DNA of 57,986 nucleotides, filler included, from Basidiobolus ranarum (Eukaryota): NCBI GenBank assembly GCA_040143965.1. It is 2 parts of 2 records of this genome, joined end to end, with 100 filler letters (N's around TTAATTAATTAA, not from the genome) between each part and the next. Parts side by side here need not be neighbours in the genome. Positions count along the whole stretch, not along the records: positions 29,095 to 57,986 come from JASJQH010006986.1; 1 more part is not named here. One strand, 5' to 3'. Shown piece by piece: positions 48,537 to 57,986 of this stretch (position 1 is its first letter; each line of letters starts with the position of its first letter). The notes under the pieces were generated by a model. It saw only the letters and a program-made list of their open reading frames with translations, ran no database searches and was not told where the DNA came from. The position numbers and the translations under genes were made by a program.

Positions 48537-49337
48537 ATGACTAATTGCTTGAGAGCAAAGATAGCCAGTCGAAAGTTACTTATTCTTGGCGATGGTGCCT
48601 GCGGCAAAACTTCCGTTCTAAATGTATTTACTCGTGGTTACTTTCCAGAGGTATAATATAATTTTACCTACTTTCTCTAAAGTAAATAAGTTCTAAATTT
48701 TCTCGGTTATGTCTAACAAGACGTATGAGCCTACTGTATTTGAAAATTATGTTCATGAAATTAGTCTAGACGGTAAAACTCTTGAGTTGTCTCTTTGGGA
48801 TACTGCTGGTATGTTAAACACACCTCACTTAATTAGCAACCTCAGTTAACTCTTTCAATATTTCTAAAGGTCAAGAGGATTTCGATCGACTTCGTTCACT
48901 TTCGTATTCCAATACACATACTATCTTGTTATGTTTCTGTGTTGAAAGTAGAGATTCGTTGGAAAATATTGAAGCAAAGTGGTTGGATGAAATTCTCGAA
49001 TATGCACCTGGAGTTAAAATCGTACTGGTGGCATTGAAATGTGATTTGAGAGAAGATGAGAAAACTCTAAGAAACTTGGCTAAAATAAAAGAAAAGCCAA
49101 TCACTTACGACGAGGTTGGCCGCTTTCCTATTTACAAACTTACTAATAGACCTTTGATTAATGATACGTTTGTTCTAGGGTCTTGCTATGGCTAGGAGAA
49201 TTCAGGCTGCTCGTTACGCTGAATGCTCTGCCAAATGTAATCGAGGAGTATATGAGGTGTTTGAACAGACAGCACGGATTGCACTTAATGTTAAAGTTAA
49301 TAATGAGAGATCAAGCGACAAATGCTTAATTTTGTAG
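48537..49337 (+). CDS. RHO3: Rho3-type small GTPase, 4 exons
   Basis: [71 protein letters not shown] box CLIL. Confidence 0.92.
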
Positions 49338-51509
49338 AACCCATTGAATTATTCCATTATTGTATTAAAGCCTAATTTATACCATTCATCATTCTGGGAA
49401 CCAAAAAGCCCCTTTTTACCCCAAACAAATAGTCTAGACAATCGCTGTGTGGCCATGCCAGATGTCATTGATATTTGAGCTAGTAAATGCTATTTTGTAC
49501 AGCTAGAAAGGCTTATAGACAGACAATAATACAAATACTGGTGGTTTATTATGATTATAATGGTTATCAACTTGCAAAAATTCCAAAATTCTCTATGCAT
49601 TCCAGATAATGATTTCAAAATGGAAAAATACTGATGTAAGATAATACATACGCATACTACTCACTCGATTACAACTGCCTCGTACTGTAGTTAGTCCAAG
49701 AAAGATGCATCATTCCTCCAGTTCCCAGATGAATTTAAGGTCTATGATCCCCTTTAATAGTTAAGAAACCAGCAGTGATGACAGTTGAGTCATTATAATC
49801 CTTATTCTCATTCGAAGAATACGCCAACTGTTAAATCTCTTTTTCTCGTTCTCTATACCAATAGAAATGCCATTCGCATTGCATAACCTGCAAGCCCTTC
49901 TCGTTCAAGAAAAAGCACTGTAGTGTAGAGTTTAAGAAACATTTAATCATGAAATGCATAGAATCGCCTTTGATTTATAAACAATTGATTATCCAGTAAC
50001 TTGTCAACACCTGCTCCGTTATTTGCATAGTAAACAGTGTGCTGGCTCTATTATTGGTAGTTCGGCATCATTAGCCGTAATGCATTCTCTTCAAGTAGAT
50101 TTTGATAAACGGATCTCATATTCCATTACATAGATATTTTCATGATACCACTCGATTCTCAATATGTTAACATTCCACTTTAGACAGGAGTCTTTGTATC
50201 TTTCTAATACAAGAGTCAAACAAGTGGGTGTATCTTGCGTTCACTGGATACCCGTTAACTCAGATCAAATTACGAGGATGACTCTTGATCATTATCATTC
50301 TTGCTTAATTTAGTTATGCATATGAAATTCTGTGACCATTCACTGACGACAAGATCTAAACTTTAATGCAATAATGTCACACCTCACCAGGTAATTATCT
50401 AAATGGCTCAAAAAGTAGAGTACCAAGATTTCAAATCACCTAATATAATGAATTCATCGAATTCTTACCCAGATTCCATCCCCAAAACTCGTTGATTTCA
50501 AGTTTTTTTTCCAGTACCACTGGGCCAATACTTCCCTCAATATCATCGATTTTAGGGGGCTTATTATCGGATTGAACGGAAGGCTTGAAGAATTTCCAAA
50601 TTGGTTAAAGTCAAAACATGCTTTTTGGGTCCCGATTGGAAAATGAGGGGTTATTGCATGGATATTTACGTTGGACTTATTTACTTCATCGATGACCAAG
50701 TGGGATGCAGCCTTCCGTAATGTATATACTATCATCGTGGTTGCCATACAAGAATGTATGATCATATCTGTCACTTCCCCAACATAGTCCTCGAATACTA
50801 ATCATGAGTCTTTATGCTGGCTATGCAGTACCCATTGAAATCGAATATTCTGCTGGAGATCAATCCAAAACAACTTGCATGATATTTGTGAACGAAGAGT
50901 TCCATTTCCAGTGCATTCAAGATTTCAGATGCTGCGGTTCAAAGGGTATCTAATCTTTTATCAAAGACAACTGCCAATTAGAGCCTTCTAGTCATCAAAT
51001 TACTCCATGATCAGCAGATACTTAATTAGTCTCATTATATTAATATATAAACATTCTATTTATTGATGTTGCTTTTGAGTTTTGTTGCTGCACGTTTATG
51101 AGAGAGAGGGAGAGAGAGTGCGTGTGTGAGTGAAGGTCAGTATGCGTTGTCAAAAATAGGTTAAAGGTTATTAAGTACAGTTAAAGTTACAAGGCGAGGT
51201 ATCATGATTAACGAGGTGGGGTATGATTGTTTGATCTACATGCGCACCCAGGAAGTGTTACAATGATTAATATCTTGGAGGGAATTTAGATTACTTCGGT
51301 TAGCTTAACTACGTAGGTATTAATGGTGGATTGGGTATGCAAGTTAATTTAGCGCTTGAAAGAAATGACTGGTGACTTGGAAGGGCAATGGGGTGAAGTC
51401 GAATGGTCTCTCACATAAACGGTTGGCAAGATGGCACAGAAATTAGCCAAATAATATACATAGATAGAGGATATTGTACAGTTTATACAGTTCGATGAAG
51501 GGCGATGAG

Positions 51510-52467
51510 TTACTGGCATATGATATCTACTTTGCTATCGACTAGTGATGTGATTGATCCACTTAGCGAAGAGTAGAGAGTATTACCAGGTCGAGATATA
51601 TCGTTTAAGTCGAGGTCGGGGAAGAAAGCACGAAGCCATTCATTATGGTCAAATTGTAAGTCACCACCTAGCTCCTTGATGAGATTCTTTCTTTCTATAA
51701 AGCTGGCAAGTTGCGCCTGATAATTGCCAGAAAGGAGTTTCACTCTTCTGACAAGTTTAGACTTCATAAAGTTACTAGACAAAGCCCAAAAGAATTTCAA
51801 CCACGGTGGAGGGTTCAAGAGGAACACCGACCCAAGTTTCACGGGTACTTTATTTTGAATGCTTTCGAATATCAATTCCACTAAGCCTTTACTTCCACTG
51901 GACTAGAAGAGAAGCGTATTAGATTTCAGCTCATCAATAAAGGTAATATATATTTTTACGTACCATGGAATTCTCGAAGATACTCACTAGACAGATGCCT
52001 TTTTCCTGGCATATCGGCATATCCATCATGTTCTCCAGGAAAAACCATATGGTTTTGAGAATTTCCGGTTGCGCCAAACGGTTTTCTAATATCCGATCAA
52101 AAAATATTATCACCATCTGACGGCCTTCCAGATCAGTTGCATCTGGTATGGATATGAATTTCGAAAGTAGAGGGCTTCGAATGTCTGCTACAGACAATCT
52201 ATCAAATGGGTGAGTGTGAGTTTGGGGATAAGGAGCGAGTCTGATGAAGAGTGTTTACCTAGTAGTTCCGATCTTTTCGGATCTAAATAGCCAGTAGCTT
52301 TGTAGCATTTTCATGCTGGATTTAACGTTGTTGTCTTTGTAGCGAAGAAATGATGATAGGAAGTTGTCAAGACTTTGTGTTGGAGTACAGAAACTATGGA
52401 TCTCATGAGAGAAGGGTTTTGTATTTAGTAAGTGCTTGAATTCGTCGAGTGGAGAAAAATCAACCAT
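51510..52467 (-). CDS. CRAL-TRIO (Sec14-like) lipid-binding protein, 3 exons
   Basis: DNFLSSFLRYKDNNV..MLQSYWLFR; TDLEGRQMV; CQEKGICLV; IQNKVPVKLGSVFLLNPPPW..FMKSKLVRRV..LIKELGGDL. Confidence 0.85.
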
Positions 52468-55400
52468 GCTGGTTAATGGTACAGGTGATTTGCAAAAGCT
52501 TAGACAGGATGGCCTTGGTTTATATAGCCTTGGTGCCCTAGCTTCGTACCTCATCCAATGGCAGGTCCCCAGTAGCGGACTCTTGATAAAAAAATTATAA
52601 GAGTTAGTGCGGAATAGAATCATCACCGTTTGCAATAAGAGCGATGAGGGGGGAAACCTGTATCGCCCAGAATAAGGAATTAAGTGACGCTCATTAAAAG
52701 ACAATGAGCTGAATATCAAATCCATGCATTAGCATTTCACTCGTCATTTTAATTTAATCTGTAGATTTTAGCATTTACCTCTTTTGAATTACGGCCTTCA
52801 TGCCCCTTGTTCATTGGGTACAATAATCGGATTCATACTCAGAGCTCGGGGATTAAACTCTGTCGCAAATTCACGTGTACAACCCAACTATCTCCATAAT
52901 ATTGGAATACCGAAGACTGGGCATGAAGTTTGGGAGCGGCTTTGATCATTCTTTGGCAAAGAGTGGAGAATGTTCACTGATCAGACAAATTGCTCTTTTG
53001 TTTACTGGACCAGGTAAAACCAATGATTCACGAGTTCTCTTGGTAATTAGACATGTTTTGGAGCCAATACCTGGACTTTAGAGCTACAATGCTCTATTGT
53101 TCACATATGAGCGGCGTCCGTTTCGCAAGTATCTCGGATCTTCATCAAGAGGAATCTGGTTCTCCCGAATCGGGATTCAGGTGGATTTTTGTTTTGATCG
53201 GAAATCTCATATTCCCTAGCAATACCAATGAAAGGTGAGCCATTATAAATTGAATTTAGCCTAGCATGCTAAAACTGTAGGATGATTCATATAAGGAACA
53301 CCTACCATGATCCAGCCAGAGTCACTGTGTCTTACCTAGGATTGACTCAGTTACTTCCACAGCAATTGGTTTCCATGACCATTCAAAGTGAACGTAGATG
53401 TTGATGGAAATGGCGGTACAAAAACATGAGCACTAGCTAGCAGCTGATTTGTGAATGGCTCGTTAACTGGTTTACCGTCAGATAATCACCCCCTAAAGGA
53501 TTCAGCAAGTGCCGCCCACAACCTGGCTGCACTGAGACTGTTGATTTGGCGGAATGGCATGGCGTAGCGGAAGCCAAAGAATTCTCTTCCGATAGTATTT
53601 AATGTGGGAAATGCTGGTCTCGCCCGAAATGTTGAACATCACAAGTATATAGAAACGCAGTGTCAGTAAAGACTCTCCATTACATTCGGCAAGGCATTCG
53701 GGGATGTATCGTAAATGTTGGATCTGGGGGGCATGATTCGGGCTCAATAACATCACCATGTCACACCATGATCGACTAGGAGATTAATCAAACTGGTGAA
53801 ATCGATAGAGACCATATTAAGATCCCAGACTGGACTTCCCCAGGTTAGTCAAGTATGACTATATTTCAAACCAACAAAGGGCTCACTGTCATTTATTAAT
53901 ATTTGTGAGCGCCTGAGACTTCAGATATCGAACATAGATGAGGGGCCTGTCTTGACATATGAATTTATTCAGAACAAATCAACAGTCGGCTCATAAGTAT
54001 AGTCTTTGCTATACCCAAATGCACGCAACCTGGCCGTATGATTCAAACCTTGGGTTTTGTATCCCAAAGCAAGCCACTTCTCAAACGATATACCATTTGA
54101 GAACATTAAAACTAGCATGTTGGTAGGAATGTTATGACACAATGTAAGAAAACGTATTTCAGAGTTGACTGGTCTGGTCTGGCCTTGCCTGCTCGCATAT
54201 CTCCAATAGAGGAATATCCATCTCTTCCAGCATGACTTGGTACAATAACAAATACACAAAATGAATTGAATTGTGTCGGTCTACTCATAAGTGACATATC
54301 AGAGGCATGAAAATTATTCGTGCTAGTGGGCCTCATTGTCGGTTTCCCAAGTTTAGCAGGAAGGAAACGATCTCTAGTATCACAGCACTCAAAGTATGAC
54401 CAGTGGTGTGGATCATTTAGTTGAAATGATGATGCACCAGTGTCACGAAGACCCGAATAAAGAGTCATTAGGCTGACAACACTACGAGATCGACAAGCAT
54501 TTCATGAATAGCTTTGTAGACCCACATGTTGATGACATCAGTTATCTGCAACACCGACTCACCGTATTTCCCGTTAGAGCAGTAGCAAATAACATTACAC
54601 CTCAAAGTCTCATTTGCCTTTCCGTACTTGAGGTTGGCGCCTTCACCACTCTGATGTCATGATGGCAATTGAGATTCGTCATGAGTTGACTATTTTAGAA
54701 TGTTTGAGGTTATTTCGTGGTTAAATATGTGGTATATGCAGAGATTGCTACCAATCGTGGTCTATATGAACATTGTATGACTCAGAGTGACACAGTCCTG
54801 AGCACGATCGTAAGTTCGCAAAACCATGGTGATGTGGTAATTCCGATTCTCTTTTTGGTCGGAAATATTGTTTTGGCACTCTGCATATATCAAGGTTTAA
54901 ATAACCTCATGCTTAGTTAATTGCACTTTTTTTGGATCATGTTGATTATACATATTTCTTATTGCATGAGCGGCCAATACTGTCTCATAAAGATCGGGTT
55001 TATTAGTGTGCGAGCCATATAGGATTGTTTTCAACAGAATGTGGTGAATATCCAGGTGAATTTTTGGATGGTGTTAAGGTCTCAAGTGAGAACACCATAC
55101 TTAATTAGTGTTCTCATAGTATGTCTCAAGTCACATCTCCTAGAGCTCGTTCAGCGTGTTACTGGTATATATATGTTCCTAACTTTCAGATACAGAAAAG
55201 GTTTCTTTGAATCACTCAAGGAATTTTAGGTAGTGTTGTGCTCTGTGTTAGGGATAAGTTGAAGCTAGCCAGAGTTCTTATAAATGGTATAGACCTACAC
55301 ATAATGATGGAATGTGTTAGCTAATGCTGAGGTTAAAAAGTTTGAATAGTTACTTGTTCCTGTCACTGCATAATAGCACAAGTATGATATTTGACCTGTA

Positions 55401-55499
55401 AATACCACATCAGGTGAGGTTTTATTTGTCTTTTTGGCTCAATGAGTGGAGGCAAATAATTCCTCATAATTCCTTCAACTACTTGTTTGTCAGATGCTT

Positions 55500-56740
55500 T
55501 ATTGATAACAAGATTTGCTGAATATCCCTTTGACAGCATCTGATAAAGAAATTAAGTCTTCTGTTGTGAGGTCTTGTAGGCACTTTTTCATCTGAATTGT
55601 TGAAGCGGTAAATACACTTAAGTGGATTAAGCAACAGTGCTCATCATTTTTGAATAATTGAAAGCATCCTCTCACTATATATTACTTGATTGGGAATGCT
55701 GTGATCGGTTTAGAATTGATAGGGGGTACAAAACACGCCATTTCTTGGTTAGTAACTGGCTGAAAAGAATAGTGAAACATGTCCTCCTTAGGTATGATCC
55801 TGTACTCTTTCTTCTGCGGCTTCGACTATCAATCTAAAAGTAAAGAGTGTGAAAGTCAGGTATTGCGGATGTAGAAGAAAGTGCAATATGGCAGTGAGCT
55901 AACTATATGCTAGAATTTTACATCTGCGCTTGGTACCAAAACTTCACAATTTCGTTTACATTCAAGCAATCTGTACGCTCTACCTCCTTTCCCGTAAAGG
56001 CTGGCCGTTTATCCAATGACTGCTACACGGAGGCACTCAGTTGCTTTTGGGGAAGCGGAGGAAGGCTGTGTTCCGCTTGGCAAGCTACATTTTTCAAGTT
56101 TTAGGTCTAATTGAAATAAACATTTCCTTAATAGGATTCCTGAGTCGGGTTTGTAGTAAATCCGAACTCTTCAACTAATAATTCCTCCATTATTCTGGAG
56201 AATCGTAACACCGTTGTCCGATCCTCATTTAAAGCTGACTAATATGGAAGTGTCTGATGAATCCTGCTCTCTGAATAAATGTGCATGAGCTTGAGTGTTT
56301 TACTCAGATTAATTTGATTTATCATTACAATCGTTATATGTTGGCTACACTCTACACTGCCGCTGGTAAACTTTAGTAGCATAGAAATCCATGCTTCAAC
56401 CGTAAGTGCCATGTATCGTAGTGCTTTGCGGTAAGCATTATATGATGCAAAGTAGGTCCCATCCCCATTTGGAACAATTTTATAATAATGGAAGCCGTAT
56501 GAGCTTTACTTGATATTTTCCCAATGCTAAATCCGATTTGAGCTATATCCCCCAATTCCATAGAAATCGCTAAGATTCAACCAACCAATGAGCATCCGAC
56601 TGGTATTCATAGAAATAGGAGGTGAGACGCGTACACTTGCAATTGATGCTGTGCTAATGGCCATACGATCGCCATCCACTTGGGCTAATAAAGCACAAGC
56701 TAATGGCCAATATAATACAGGTTTGAAAAATGTATCCCTA
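55500..56740 (-). pseudogene. Possible decayed protein-coding gene of unknown family
   Basis: One minus-strand frame runs about 270 codons (~56737-55920) with only about 5 stops, all TAG/TAA. Further exon-like pieces follow with AG/GT boundaries. Confidence 0.3.
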
Positions 56741-57292
56741 ATTCAGGGTAAGAGAAAATACAGCATCCGGTGTGAGAGCTATTGCTTCAGTGTCGGCTCT
56801 AGGAAGTTATGCCTCGAGTTGTAGAATGGTATTAATAGAGTGGAAAAAGCAAGGAGAGTGACCCTGTGTAGTAATCTTTATGGGCAAGCTGCTAGTTCAT
56901 TATGCTTCTATGTATTTTGATCTTATAGAATCAGATCTCACTTGATCTACGGATTAATGGATACTGAAGAATCCGAGCACGACATCCGTTCAATGGTGGT
57001 TTATAATTAGTGATCGATCTCCTAATATTGACATGTGGCATTTTTGTAAGAACAAAATGTATATAATTCCTTTTAAGGATGAACTCGGACCTATTTAATG
57101 AGACTACTTTCTCTGATTTCACCCTCGAAATTGTATTTGTGGTCGTATCTATTATTCTTGTATTTTTTTACTACGCTTTGGCATCGGCTCTTTTGCTTGC
57201 ATATCCTAATACATTCGCAATTTCACCGTTGTTCAAATCAAAATATTCACCTATAAGGTTCCTTTATCATTCCTCTGTCTTGCTTTCGTGCT

Positions 57293-57986
57293 ATGGGTCC
57301 TGAGCTTCGTGCTTCAAAGAGGCAACCTGATGGTATTTTTATGGCTACACTTGTTTATAATATGAAGTCTCCCTAAACAATTGTCTATTCATAGCGACTC
57401 ATGTGCTATTTGTCGTTCACGGCATAGGGCCTACTTGCGGCCCAGAGAACTTGTTTTTAGAAAATGGTGATTAGCTTTGGTTTACTGAGAGTTGTCATCC
57501 AGGTTTTCACTAACCAAAGAAAAACGTTATCTAGTTTCTGGGTTCCGTAAATCAATCAAAAAAGTCTTGAAACATGAAAAGGAATTCCAAGACGTCAATG
57601 CGGAATTAATCCCTATAGGTAAACTATTTAGTTTCTTTGTATTCTTTAGGAGGACCATCTTGGTAACGATTTATTGACAGAGTGGCACACCTCTTTACAT
57701 GAGCTTGTTGATAGCAACATGGATAGTATCTCACTCCCATATTGTCCACCTAACATAAAATCTATCGAGCACGAGTACTTTGCCGATGTTCTTTACTATT
57801 TCACTCAAGACCGGGGCCAGCACATTATCAACACCATCGTCAATTCTATGAATGACGAGTATGAAAAATATCTACGGGAGCACCCAAATTTTAAAGGGAA
57901 ATTCTCGATCGTAGGTTATAGCTTGGGCGGGGTTTGTTGCTATGACATTCTCTGTGGTCAGGAAGATCTGAGTAATCGCGAAGGCC
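57293..57986 (+). CDS. DDHD-family (PA-PLA1-like) phospholipase A1, 5' part; runs off the window end
   Basis: Spliced THVLFVVHGIG, ELIPI/EWH, FADVLYY, HPNFKGKFSIVGYSLGGVCCYDIL (GxSxG lipase motif). Confidence 0.85.

Noticed and set aside
50454-50960. Coding-looking fragments on the minus strand (ORF 50454-50774 and neighbours)
   Set aside because: No recognisable motif or consistent splice model.
528-57303. Many 60-130 aa ORF-track entries antisense to, or overlapping, called genes or lying in spacers
   Set aside because: Most use non-ATG starts, shadow real exons, or lack any motif; treated as spurious.
1-57986. CRISPR arrays, rRNA, tRNA, prokaryotic operons or defence systems
   Set aside because: None seen; the DNA is eukaryotic with spliceosomal introns and has no regularly spaced repeats.

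Overview
AT-rich, intron-rich eukaryotic DNA with short GT-AG introns. The gene set fits an early-diverging fungus, plausibly Zoopagomycota/Mucoromycota (inference). About 25 protein-coding genes can be reconstructed by hand-splicing. Housekeeping genes include RRP36, NDUFB10, FCF2, TFG2, MCMBP, ETR1, AGX1, a ZRC1/COT1-type transporter and RHO3. Secreted or cell-wall genes include a collagen-like protein, a PL14 lyase, two tandem His-brace LPMO-like genes and a CE4 deacetylase. The window also holds a decayed Copia-type LTR relic and an assembly gap. The most unusual items are: (1) a BED-like zinc finger/AT-hook fused to a NIF3 domain that has lost metal-binding histidines; (2) an RGS protein with an N-terminal ubiquitin-like-looking domain and six basic-KLxx(F/L)(F/L)G repeats; (3) a PRXL2A-GST-SDR redox trio, each gene with a bZIP-type T(G/T)ACGT(C/A)A site about 110-125 bp upstream; (4) an LPMO-like pair near a chitin deacetylase. 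Family calls come from motif recognition only; no database searches were run.
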